Assembly (NCBI GenBank): GCA_000996245.1 | Contig: LBYP01000004.1 | Coordinates: 10,860-74,859, forward strand | Length of the DNA: 64,000 bases | DNA from: Parcubacteria group bacterium GW2011_GWA2_40_23 | GTDB lineage: Bacteria > Patescibacteriota > Patescibacteriia > UBA11705 > JABHMO01 | Direction of reading: 5' to 3' | Shown: positions 10,304 to 18,860 of the stretch, one piece after another | Layout: each line of letters opens with the position of its first letter | Position numbering within the stretch: the first letter of the stretch is position 1 | Program-made: the position numbers and the translations under genes | The notes under the pieces: model-generated | What the model was told of the DNA's origin: nothing | Database searches by the model: none | Seen by the model: the letters and a program-made list of their open reading frames with translations, nothing else

Positions 10304-11554
10304 ATGAGGGAAGAACAATTTATTACTGCAGGAGAAGCGGCGTTTAAATTAGGCATTTCTATAGATACTATTAGGAGATGGGATAAAAAGGGATTGATCA
10401 AATCTTTCAGGGACGAAAGGAATGATCGTATGTTTAGTTTAGAGGAGATAAAGAGAATTCAAAATAAAACTCAAGGAGACAAAAAAAGTAAATTTAAAAT
10501 ATTAAAAAATAAAGAAACATCAAAATATACAGCAATTGAATTGTTCGCAGGAGCGGGAGGGACGGCTTTAGGGATGGAAAATGCTGGGATTCAACACATC
10601 TTGCTCAATGAGTATGACAAGCACGCTTGTGAAACACTCAGAATCAACAAACCAAACTGGAATGTTGTTGAACAAGATGTTCGAGAGCTAAAATTTTTTG
10701 AAGGACAAGCAGATATTGTTCAGGGTGGTTTCCCTTGCCAGACATTTTCGTGCGCTGGGAACAAAAGGGGATTTGAAGATATACGGGGCACATTATTTTT
10801 TGAATTCGCAAGATGTGTCAAAGAAGTTAGACCAAAAATAGCGATCGGGGAAAATGTAAAAGGATTATTAAATCATGATGATGGCCAAACAATTAAAACC
10901 ATGGTTGGTGTTTTGGAGGAAATAGGATATAGAGTTAAGTATAAAGTTTTAAGATCTCAATATTTGGATATTCCACAAAAAAGAGAAAGATTAATAATTA
11001 TTGGTGTAAGAAATGATTTGAATATATCGATTGCGTTTCCGAAAGAGAAGGATTATATAATACCTTTGCGAGAAGCACTGCACAAATGTCCCAAATCAGC
11101 TGGACAAGAATATCCAGAAACAAAAAAAAGGATAATGAAATTAATTTCTCCTGGTGGATATTGGAGAGATCTCCCTGAGAAATTGCAAAAAGAATATATG
11201 GGAGCAAGTTATTTTATGGGTGGGGGAAAAACGGGAATGGCACGACGTTTATCGTGGGATGAACCATCACTTACTTTGACTTGTAGCCCAGCACAAAAAC
11301 AAACTGAACGTTGCCATCCAGAAGAAACACGTCCTCTTTCTGTTCGTGAATATGCACGAATTCAGACATTTCCGGACAGTTGGCAGTTTTCTGGTTCTGT
11401 CGCACAACAATATAAACAAATTGGGAACGCTGTACCTGTAAATCTTGGTTATTATATTGGTGACACGATTATAAAGATGCTCGAGGGAGAGATTGAAGAA
11501 GATGTTGTAGAACCAGTTAGAATACAGCAACAATTATTTGGATTTGCTACATAA
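10304..11554 (+). CDS. DNA cytosine-5 methyltransferase with N-terminal MerR-like HTH
   Basis: ELFAGAGG, GGFPCQ, ENVKGL, QKRER, QIGNAVP; N-terminal EAAFKLGISIDTIRRWD. Confidence 0.93.
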   Translation: MREEQFITAGEAAFKLGISIDTIRRWDKKGLIKSFRDERNDRMFSLEEIKRIQNKTQGDKKSKFKILKNKETSKYTAIELFAGAGGTALGMENAGIQHILLNEYDKHACETLRINKPNWNVVEQDVRELKFFEGQADIVQGGFPCQTFSCAGNKRGFEDIRGTLFFEFARCVKEVRPKIAIGENVKGLLNHDDGQTIKTMVGVLEEIGYRVKYKVLRSQYLDIPQKRERLIIIGVRNDLNISIAFPKEKDYIIPLREALHKCPKSAGQEYPETKKRIMKLISPGGYWRDLPEKLQKEYMGASYFMGGGKTGMARRLSWDEPSLTLTCSPAQKQTERCHPEETRPLSVREYARIQTFPDSWQFSGSVAQQYKQIGNAVPVNLGYYIGDTIIKMLEGEIEEDVVEPVRIQQQLFGFAT

Positions 11555-11605
11555 AATTTAAACCAGACAAATTCAATGGAACTATATTTTTTGTTTGCCT
11601 GACAT

Positions 11606-12460
11606 TTAAAGGGATATTATCGTCAGGCGTGGATGACTAGCTAAATCTCTAATCACTTGCGTTTTGGCTTTAGCCAAAGCGTTTTTTATTATCTTTCTTA
11701 GTTTAGTCGCTTGTTTGTTCCCGTGTTCGATAATAATAAAGTGGGGGAGTCGCTTCATTTTTTTTATTTGCTGAAAAAACTTTCGGTAAGCGTCGAGTCC
11801 ATCAACGCCGGAATAAAGAGCTAGACTCGGTTCGAACTTTAAGCCTTGAGTTTCAGATGAATTTAAATGATTTTTTAAGTCAGTTTCTAAGTAGGGAAGA
11901 TTGGTGACGACGATATCAATCTGTTCGTTTTTTATCGAAGTTAATAAGTTGCCTTGAGCGAATTTTATTTTGATTCGATGACGACGAGCGTTCTGCTTAG
12001 CAATTAATAATGCCTTTCTTGACTTGTCTGTTGCAAAAAGTTTTGCTTTCGGTAACTTTTTCGCAAGTGAAATCGCAATCGCTCCGGATCCTGTTCCAAT
12101 GTCAGCGATAGTAATGGCTGATTTATAATTAACTTTGACGAGTTCAATTGTTTTTTCGACGAGAAGTTCAGTCTCAGGGCGGGGGACTAAAACGTCTTTT
12201 GTGACCTTGAAACTCAATCCGAAAAAATCTTTGTATCCAGTAATCTGCGCGACCGGAACATGTTTGGCTCGAGTGTTAATTTGTTTTAAGAAAAGACGTT
12301 CTTGATTTGATGTAAGTTTTTTTTCTGAATGTGTATAAATAAATTCTTTCGATTTTTTTAGCGTCTGCATTAAAATAACCTCGGCATCAAGATTGGCCGA
12401 AGTTACTTTTGCTGTTTTTAATATTTCTCGAGCTTGTATTAAAGCTTCTTTGATTATCAT
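11606..12460 (-). CDS. prmC: Release factor glutamine methyltransferase
   Basis: [21 protein letters not shown]; directly after prfA. Confidence 0.93.
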   Translation of the reverse strand: MIIKEALIQAREILKTAKVTSANLDAEVILMQTLKKSKEFIYTHSEKKLTSNQERLFLKQINTRAKHVPVAQITGYKDFFGLSFKVTKDVLVPRPETELLVEKTIELVKVNYKSAITIADIGTGSGAIAISLAKKLPKAKLFATDKSRKALLIAKQNARRHRIKIKFAQGNLLTSIKNEQIDIVVTNLPYLETDLKNHLNSSETQGLKFEPSLALYSGVDGLDAYRKFFQQIKKMKRLPHFIIIEHGNKQATKLRKIIKNALAKAKTQVIRDLASHPRLTIISL

Positions 12461-13515
12461 TTGTTTTGTAGTTTGAAGTCTGCTTCTTTCAAGGCTTCGA
12501 TAATTGGCGCGATGTTTCCATCTAAAAGAGTTGTAATATTATTCCAGTTTTCTTTAATGCGATGGTCGGTAATCCGATCTTGTGGATAATTATAAGTACG
12601 AATTTTTTCACTGCGATCGCCAGTACCGATTTGGGCGCGACGTTGGCTGCCGAGAGCATTTTCACGTTTAGTCATTTCTAGTTCGTATAAACGAGAACGC
12701 ATCACGCGCATAGCTTTTTCTTTGTTCTGCGCTTGTGAGCGTTCGTCTTGGCAAGAAACAATTGTATTAGTTGGCAAATGAGTCAATCGAACGGCTGACT
12801 TTGTTGTGTTGACACTCTGTCCACCGGCACCACCAGAACAAAAAGTATCTATTTTAATTTCATTAGGGTCAATTTTTATATCAAGTTCTTCTGCTTCTGG
12901 TAATACGGCGACTGTAATGGCTGAAGTGTGAATACGTCCTTGTTTTTCAGTTTCTGGAACGCGCTGTACTCGGTGTGTGCCGCTTTCATATTTAAGGAAG
13001 CCATAAACACCAGTGCCATTAACTTCAAAAACAACTTCCTTAAAGCCTCCGAGTTCACTTAAACTGCTAGAGACAATATGTGTTTTCCAACCTTGTCTTT
13101 CTGCAAAGCGAGAGTACATTCTGAATAGTTCAGCTGCAAAAAGCGCTGATTCGTCACCGCCGGTGCCGGCACGTATTTCCATAATGACATTCTTTTTGTC
13201 TCGTGGATCTTGTGGTGTTAGGGCAAATTTAACTTGTTTTTCTAGCTCTGCAATCTCTGGTTCTAGTATAGCTATTTCTTGCGCGGCGAGCTCATGCATT
13301 TCAGTTTCATTTTCATTGAGAAGAGTTTCTTGAGCTTCTTTCAGGTGAGCCAGTTTTTTTTCATAGTTATTAAAGAGCGCGATCATGGGTACGAGTTCAG
13401 AGTGCTCGCTAGAAAGGGTCTTTAATTTTTCTTGATTATTGATAATAGAAGAGTCCTGGAGTTGTTGCTCCAGTTCTTGAAAACGTTGTTTAAGTTTGTT
13501 GATTTGATCTTGCAT
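12457..13515 (-). CDS. prfA: Peptide chain release factor 1
   Basis: [26 protein letters not shown]. Confidence 0.96.
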   Translation of the reverse strand: MQDQINKLKQRFQELEQQLQDSSIINNQEKLKTLSSEHSELVPMIALFNNYEKKLAHLKEAQETLLNENETEMHELAAQEIAILEPEIAELEKQVKFALTPQDPRDKKNVIMEIRAGTGGDESALFAAELFRMYSRFAERQGWKTHIVSSSLSELGGFKEVVFEVNGTGVYGFLKYESGTHRVQRVPETEKQGRIHTSAITVAVLPEAEELDIKIDPNEIKIDTFCSGGAGGQSVNTTKSAVRLTHLPTNTIVSCQDERSQAQNKEKAMRVMRSRLYELEMTKRENALGSQRRAQIGTGDRSEKIRTYNYPQDRITDHRIKENWNNITTLLDGNIAPIIEALKEADFKLQNK

Positions 13516-13581
13516 ATCGTTCTGGCTCTATTATATCAAAAAACCGTCCGAATAGATAAAACAGGGACGGTTTTGAAGTAG

Positions 13582-13866
13582 TTATTTATTGACTTTGCTG
13601 GTTTTCTTTTCTGCCTTGGCAATGAGTTTTGCTTTTTTACCCTTGCTAGCAGTTGCAGTAGTGTCTTTTTTAGATAATCTTTCTTGGAATTTTTCTACAC
13701 GGCGTGCAGTGTCAACCAATCTTTGTTTACCAGTATAAAAAGGGTGGCAAAGATGGCAAATTTCAACTTTAATTTCAGGCATTGTTGAGCCTGTAGTGAT
13801 TTCATTGCCGCAAACACAGATTATTTTTGCAGCTTTGTGATACTTTGGATGAATATCTTTTTTCAT
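13582..13866 (-). CDS. rpmE: 50S ribosomal protein L31
   Basis: [22 protein letters not shown]. Confidence 0.96.
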   Translation of the reverse strand: MKKDIHPKYHKAAKIICVCGNEITTGSTMPEIKVEICHLCHPFYTGKQRLVDTARRVEKFQERLSKKDTTATASKGKKAKLIAKAEKKTSKVNK

Positions 13867-13872
13867 ATGAGG

Positions 13873-13961
13873 TAGCTTATAGCTAGTTAGCTTATAGCTT
13901 TTAGGTGCTGAGGATTTTAGTGTCAGACACCTAGAAGCTAGCTCCTATAAGCTAAAAGCTT
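13873..13961. repeat. ~90-bp AGCT-periodic palindromic element (copy 1)
   Basis: Reverse complement aligns with 26635-26723. Confidence 0.75.
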
Positions 13962-14112
13962 CATGGTTTGTAATTAAGTAATCAGATGATATCATATTGT
14001 AATAATTTTGGCAAGGTTGAGCTGTTTTTAGCTAAAAATGGGGCATGTGGATAACGGAGGACAGGCGGCAAAAAAAATGCTATAATCATTTTAGTAAATA
14101 ACAAACAAAATT

Positions 14113-14454
14113 ATGAAAACTAAGAAGTTTTTAGGCGGTTTAGCGTTAGGCGCACTTATCGGTGGTGCTTTAGGACTTTTTTTAAGTCCAGGCAAGGGTA
14201 AGGAAAATCGCGAACAATTTAAAAAGATCAGTAAGCAGTTGAGTGAGAAGCTAGTGACAGATGTGACAAAATTGAAAAAAGTCGGGAAAGAAGAATACGA
14301 ACAAATAGTGGAAAATTTGATCAAGAAATACTCAAAATCAGATTTATTGACTGTTGAAGCTTGGTCAGAAATTGCACAGGAATTAAAGCTTCGCTGGAAA
14401 GATATTCAGAAGGAAATGGGTGCTAAGCCAGTTAAGAAGAGCAGTAAAAAGTAG
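14113..14454 (+). CDS. YtxH-like protein
   Basis: GALIGGALGLFLSPGKGKENR. Confidence 0.8.
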   Translation: MKTKKFLGGLALGALIGGALGLFLSPGKGKENREQFKKISKQLSEKLVTDVTKLKKVGKEEYEQIVENLIKKYSKSDLLTVEAWSEIAQELKLRWKDIQKEMGAKPVKKSSKK

Positions 14455-14578
14455 TTAATTAGCCGGCGGCGTTTAGCCAATGGATTGATTATAAGTTGCA
14501 AAATTAGCAACTCAAAACCTAGAGAGAGAGAGTAAGACCTTCGCCTTTGTGCGGAGGTTTTATTTTTTCACATAGAGC

Positions 14579-14618
14579 GGCTTGCCCCGAACTTGTGTGA
14601 TTAGCACATAGTTCGGGG
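14579..14618. repeat. Dispersed palindromic element, GGCTTGCCCCGAAC family (copy 2)
   Basis: GGCTTGCCCCGAACT...AGTTCGGGG. Confidence 0.7.
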
Positions 14619-14653
14619 AGGTTATATTTTTACTCTTTTTTATTTGTAAATAA

Positions 14654-14692
14654 TAATTCGTAACATCAAATTAGAAAGTTCTATTCGTAACT
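14654..14692 (+). repeat. Bipartite ATTCGTAAC motif (copy 1)
   Basis: TAATTCGTAACATC-N14-TATTCGTAACT; also at 22379, 29583 (reverse) and 29633. Confidence 0.75.
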
Positions 14693-14696
14693 CTGT

Positions 14697-14724
14697 TTGA
14701 CAAAACATAGCAAATCATTATAAT
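14697..14724 (+). promoter_or_regulatory. Sigma70-type promoter
   Basis: TTGACA-N16-TATAAT. Confidence 0.7.
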
Positions 14725-14781
14725 AAATTTTGCTTCTGAGTGAAGCATGGTTCTGGCTCCAAACCTTTGTGGAGGGTTCCA

Positions 14782-15264
14782 ATGACTCAAAAAATGACCT
14801 GCGATCAAATCGCGAACGCGATTCGTGATGGCTTGCCCGAGGGCTATGCCAAAGCGGCGCGTTTCCAAGTCCGCAAGGTTCATTCGGGGTTCTTGGTGAT
14901 CGTACCGACGCATCAGGTCGGTGGTAAGCGCGTGCTCAAAACGCACTTCGATAACAGCGATTCCCAGACCCTCGTCGCTCATATCATCGCGCACTTCAAG
15001 TCGTCCGTTCCCGAAGATACCGTTGCCTCCCTGCCCAGAGAGTTCCTTTGTGCCAAGGTGAGCACAGCGATTCGTCAGGCCTTGAAGGGCCTCGATGGAA
15101 TCCGTTTCAACGTGCGTCCGGTTCGTGATGGCCTGTGCGTGATCATCCCGTTCCACCGGACCAAGGGTGTCGAGATTCCCAGAGCGCACATCGGTCCGAA
15201 CTTGGACGAGTCCTACCTCGTGACTCGCGCTGTCGAGCACTTCCAGCAGCACCTCGCCGCCTAG
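14782..15264 (+). CDS. GC-rich hypothetical protein with two tandem homologous domains
   Basis: GGAGG 14771 before ATG 14782; internal repeat; followed by a terminator. Confidence 0.8.
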   Translation: MTQKMTCDQIANAIRDGLPEGYAKAARFQVRKVHSGFLVIVPTHQVGGKRVLKTHFDNSDSQTLVAHIIAHFKSSVPEDTVASLPREFLCAKVSTAIRQALKGLDGIRFNVRPVRDGLCVIIPFHRTKGVEIPRAHIGPNLDESYLVTRAVEHFQQHLAA

Positions 15265-15276
15265 CAGCTTCCGTTC

Positions 15277-15312
15277 GCCCGGCCAATCAGATTGGTCGGG
15301 CGTAATTTTTTT
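15277..15312 (+). terminator. Intrinsic terminator
   Basis: CGCCCGGCCAATC/GATTGGTCGGGCG stem followed by T tract. Confidence 0.7.
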
Positions 15313-15326
15313 GCTATAATTAGCAC

Positions 15327-16142
15327 ATGATAAATTTTCTACATACATTTCAACCTCAACCGATTATTTTGAAACTCGGTCCTTTTGCAATCCACTGGTA
15401 TGGGTTCCTTATGATAGTCGGTGGTTTACTTGGTTTTAGTTTGATTCTTTGGTTAATTAAAAAATATAAGTTGGAGAAAAAGTTTTTTGAAGACCTTTTG
15501 TTTTGGTGGGTTGTAGGTGCGATAATTGGCGCCAGAATATATTATGTGATTTATGCTTGGGAAATGTATAAAGATAATTGGCTCGATGTTTTTAAAATTT
15601 GGCAGGGCGGATTGGCGGTCCACGGGATTATGCTTGGCGGATTAATCACAACATTCATCTATTGTCGTTTAAAGAAAAAAGAATTTTTACTCACAGCCGA
15701 TTTAGTTGTTACTGGTTTAGTCACTGCACAGATTGTCGGTCGCATTGGTAATTATTTTAATCAAGAAATTTTTGGTTTGCCAACTAATCTGTCGTGGGGG
15801 ATTCCAATTGACCTTTCTTTCCGTCCGGAACAATTTATGAACTCAAGTTTTTTCCATCCAACTTTTATTTACGAGTCGCTCGGCAACATCTTAATTCTTT
15901 GCCTTCTTCTTTTTCTTCACCTTCGTCGATTTAAGAAAAAAGAATTTCAGCCAGGACAAATATTTTTCTCTTATTTAATCTTGTATTCAATTCTACGATT
16001 CAGTCTAGAGCTTTTAAGAGTCGATTACAGTCCAATCGTTTTTGGTGTGCGTTGGGCGCAGTTGCTGTCAGGTATTATTATCTTAACTTCTATTATATTG
16101 ATTTCCATCCGATTTGCGAGGCACCGCCCTTTGTCATCCTGA
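15327..16142 (+). CDS. lgt: Prolipoprotein diacylglyceryl transferase
   Basis: IHWYG, GARIYYV, IWQGGLAVHG, GRIGNYFNQE, HPTFIYES. Confidence 0.95.
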   Translation: MINFLHTFQPQPIILKLGPFAIHWYGFLMIVGGLLGFSLILWLIKKYKLEKKFFEDLLFWWVVGAIIGARIYYVIYAWEMYKDNWLDVFKIWQGGLAVHGIMLGGLITTFIYCRLKKKEFLLTADLVVTGLVTAQIVGRIGNYFNQEIFGLPTNLSWGIPIDLSFRPEQFMNSSFFHPTFIYESLGNILILCLLLFLHLRRFKKKEFQPGQIFFSYLILYSILRFSLELLRVDYSPIVFGVRWAQLLSGIIILTSIILISIRFARHRPLSS

Positions 16143-16210
16143 GGCACTCGAAGGAGACAAAGCAATTGTTTGATTGATTGTTAATGTTTTCTCTCAACCC
16201 AATGACTTAC

Positions 16211-16239
16211 TTGACAAAAAGCATTTTTTTTGATATACT
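16211..16239 (+). promoter_or_regulatory. Sigma70-type promoter of DGR target gene
   Basis: TTGACA-N17-TATACT with TG extended -10; AGGAGG RBS at 16366. Confidence 0.7.
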
Positions 16240-16376
16240 ATTTTGTTAAACTAAGGGGAAAGATCATTGATTGTTAATTTTGGCTTAATTTAGTAATTAT
16301 TGACTTTTTCCCTTGGTTGGGAAAGGGGCTCCTGCTTGTACCGGGGGCGTGCTGGATCTTTTTTTAGGAGGAAGCG

Positions 16377-17150
16377 ATGAGTAATCGCGACGAGGACACT
16401 GTCGAGGTCGTGGAACAAGAGAAAATGACCGCGTTCGAGAGGGTGGTCTGGCTCTGGGCCAAGATCATCGGGTACATCCTGACCGGCAAGCGCAAGGCCG
16501 AAGAAGTGGCTGAGTGGCTGCAGATCGTGGTGTCGGAACCTCAGTTCTCCCTGCGTCTCAAGGCCCCACGCGACTCCACCATGGACACCGAAGAGCCTCG
16601 CGAAGGCTGGGCCAAGATCTGGGAGCGATTCTACCTCGAGGTCTTTGGGCTGACGGTAGACCTCTCGGGCGTGGCTGTGTCGTCGTACAAACCCGGTCTT
16701 GGCTGGGTGGTGTATGTGCTGAAAGAGCTTTCTCTTAACCAGCTCTTCGCCAAGTCCCGTGACCTGTTCCCGAGTCGCTCGGATTACGGCGACGACCTGG
16801 ATCGCAAGATTCCGACCGAAGATCGCGACCCGCGTCAACTGGGCAACTACGTGCGTCGGTTCCGGAATCGCGTAGAGGCGGATGAAGAACTCAAAGAAAA
16901 GTCCGCCAACGTTCTGCGCGATGAAGGTATCGCAGGCAACACTCTCCGTGAAGCCTTGATCCTAGAGCTCTTCTACTTCTGGCGCACAGGTGGCGGGCAT
17001 CTGAACTTGCGTTACTGGAATCTCTGTGCGGGCTCGCGCGGTTACCTTGGCTACGTTCCGCGCGTCTTATGGAGCATTGGTTGCTTCCGCGTCAGCGACT
17101 ACGATCCGAGCGGTTCCGGCGAGGATGTGCGCGCGCGCTCCGCAGTTTAA
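16377..17150 (+). CDS. DGR target (variable) protein, probable C-type-lectin-like C-terminal fold
   Basis: Last 42 codons are the VR (...LCAGSRGYLGYVPRV...RARSAV*); fold inferred from DGR precedent. Confidence 0.9.
   Translation: MSNRDEDTVEVVEQEKMTAFERVVWLWAKIIGYILTGKRKAEEVAEWLQIVVSEPQFSLRLKAPRDSTMDTEEPREGWAKIWERFYLEVFGLTVDLSGVAVSSYKPGLGWVVYVLKELSLNQLFAKSRDLFPSRSDYGDDLDRKIPTEDRDPRQLGNYVRRFRNRVEADEELKEKSANVLRDEGIAGNTLREALILELFYFWRTGGGHLNLRYWNLCAGSRGYLGYVPRVLWSIGCFRVSDYDPSGSGEDVRARSAV
17022..17147 (+). repeat. DGR variable repeat (VR)
   Basis: Ungapped 126-nt alignment with TR at offset +281. Confidence 0.95.
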
Positions 17151-17157
17151 CCCTTTT

Positions 17158-17192
17158 CCCTTGTCCCTTTAACCCTTGCGTTAGGGACAGGG
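17158..17192 (+). promoter_or_regulatory. Hairpin downstream of VR (candidate DGR target-recognition element)
   Basis: CCC(T)TGTCCCT(TT)AAC pairs with GTTAGGGACAGGG, just 3' of the stop codon. Confidence 0.55.
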
Positions 17193-17302
17193 TAAACAAC
17201 CAACATCTGGCACTTCGTACATACGGGGTGCCAGTGCCAGCGTTCGCTGGACAACACAGGGCGTCTTGAAAAAGATCCGCGGTGATTATGGATGGAAATG
17301 AC

Positions 17303-17428
17303 CAATATGCGGGCTCGCGCGATAACAATGGCAACGTTCCGAACGTCAAATGGAACAATGGTAACTTCCACGTCAACAACTACAATCCGAACAATTCCAA
17401 CGAAAATGTGCGCGCTCGCTCCGAAGTT
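17303..17428 (+). ncRNA. DGR template repeat (TR)
   Basis: 14 AAC/AAT codons in VR frame; 28 of 41 adenines differ in VR; one non-A mismatch. Confidence 0.95.
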
Positions 17429-17444
17429 TCAAGTCAAAAGGGGT

Positions 17445-17828
17445 TTATTGATTAAGCTCCTTTTGTTGTAAATATTCAATCCAACCAGAAGTCATTTTTG
17501 AGATTTCTTGTAATTTCTCTTGAAAAACGCCATAGTTTTTTTCTTTGAGTGTTGATAGTTCTAATTCAAGTCTAATGAATTGTTTAAGAGTTTCAATTTC
17601 AATCTTTAACTCTTTAACTACAGGGAGCTTTTCGAGTTTTTGCATTAACGCTGCTTTAATTGCCAGGCGTAGACAAGCTAGAATTACGGATTCTGTTTTT
17701 GATCTTATTCCGTATTTATCGACTTTTGGCAGACCCTTGGTGTTTTGATAGAGCATTTTAAATAAGTCGGAAATTTTATGAACAATCGAAGCGTGAATGA
17801 CATCGGAGGCAATGAATTTGTTGGTCAT
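17445..17828 (-). CDS. avd: DGR accessory variability determinant (Avd-like four-helix bundle)
   Basis: 127 aa, helical; LPKVDKYGIRSK, LKQFIRL, EISKMTSGW pattern; lies between TR and RT. Confidence 0.85.
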   Translation of the reverse strand: MTNKFIASDVIHASIVHKISDLFKMLYQNTKGLPKVDKYGIRSKTESVILACLRLAIKAALMQKLEKLPVVKELKIEIETLKQFIRLELELSTLKEKNYGVFQEKLQEISKMTSGWIEYLQQKELNQ

Positions 17829-18860
17829 AGTGTTTTTGATAAAATTATTTCTATTGAAAATTTATATGGCGCTTGGCGAGAATTTAAACGAGGCAAGACC
17901 AGCAAAAAAGATGTTCTTTGTTTTGAATTTAACTTGGAGGATAATTTGTTCAATTTAGCTGAAGAATTGAAATTAGGCAATTATTTAGTTGAAAAGTATG
18001 ATTTTTTCTATGTGCGTGATCCTAAATTACGGCCGATTCACAAAGCTTCAGTGCGAGATAGAGTCGTTTTTCAAGCTGTCTTTCGGGTACTTTACCCTGT
18101 TTTTGATAAGCAGTTTATTCACGACTCCTGTTCATGTCGTTATAAGAAGGGAATACATTTTGCCGTCGCTCGATTGCGTCGATTTTGTGCCAAAGTAAGT
18201 AATAATTACCATCAGCAAGCATTTGCTTTAAAATGCGATGTCAAAAAGTTTTTCTATTCCATTGATCATGTTATTTTGAAAAAACTCATTAAAAGAAACA
18301 TCGAGGACACGCGTCTGTTGCACCTGATAGATATTATCGTTGATAGTTTTTCTGTAGCTCCAGAAAAGGGTTTGCCGCTGGGAAATGTTACTAGCCAGTT
18401 ATTCGCCAACATCTATTTGAACGAGTTGGATATATTTATCAAACATGAATTACATGAAAAATTTTATCTTCGTTATTGCGATGATTTTATTATTTTGAGC
18501 GAAAGTCAAAGTCATTTATTTGATTTGATACCAATTATAAGTGAGTTTCTCTCATCAGAGTTAAAATTAAAGCTGCATCCGGGTAAAGTTCAACTTAAAA
18601 AAATGACTCAAGGGATTGATTTTTTAGGATATGTAACATTGCCATATTATGGTGTTCTTCGAACGAAAACAAAACAAAGGATGTTTAGGAAGGTTATTGC
18701 AGCCTCGGAAAAGCTGGATGCTGATTTGATTGATAAGATTGGTTTTAACCAAGTGCTGCAATCATATTTGGGAATACTGCAACATTGCCAGAGCTTTTGG
18801 TTACAGCAGGAGCTATTGTTTCTTTGCGGAGAATGCCTTGCTGAAACACAAAAATCGTGA
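17778..18860 (+). CDS. DGR reverse transcriptase
   Basis: DPKLRPI, RDRVV, LKCDVKKFF.SIDH, GLPLGNVTSQLFANIYL, YLRYCDDF, GIDFLGY; 360 aa, no maturase/endonuclease domain. Confidence 0.95.
   Translation: MNNRSVNDIGGNEFVGHSVFDKIISIENLYGAWREFKRGKTSKKDVLCFEFNLEDNLFNLAEELKLGNYLVEKYDFFYVRDPKLRPIHKASVRDRVVFQAVFRVLYPVFDKQFIHDSCSCRYKKGIHFAVARLRRFCAKVSNNYHQQAFALKCDVKKFFYSIDHVILKKLIKRNIEDTRLLHLIDIIVDSFSVAPEKGLPLGNVTSQLFANIYLNELDIFIKHELHEKFYLRYCDDFIILSESQSHLFDLIPIISEFLSSELKLKLHPGKVQLKKMTQGIDFLGYVTLPYYGVLRTKTKQRMFRKVIAASEKLDADLIDKIGFNQVLQSYLGILQHCQSFWLQQELLFLCGECLAETQKS

Larger units (their letters stand above)
16377..18860 (+). mobile_element. Diversity-generating retroelement (target/VR - TR - antisense avd - RT)
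   Basis: TR/VR pair with adenine-specific mismatches, Avd-like ORF, DGR-type RT. Confidence 0.95.

Noticed and set aside
14782-15264. GC-rich orphan as a second DGR target
   Set aside because: Its 3' end shows no similarity to the TR; no second VR was seen in the window by eye
14671-17379. Long antisense ORFs (14671-15348, 16290-16838, 17092-17379)
   Set aside because: They are shadows of GC-rich sense genes or the TR region; promoter, RBS and VR evidence supports the plus strand
17778-18860. RT as a group II intron, retron or CRISPR-associated RT
   Set aside because: It is short, lacks maturase/endonuclease domains and the retron VTG motif, and has an adjacent TR/VR pair and Avd
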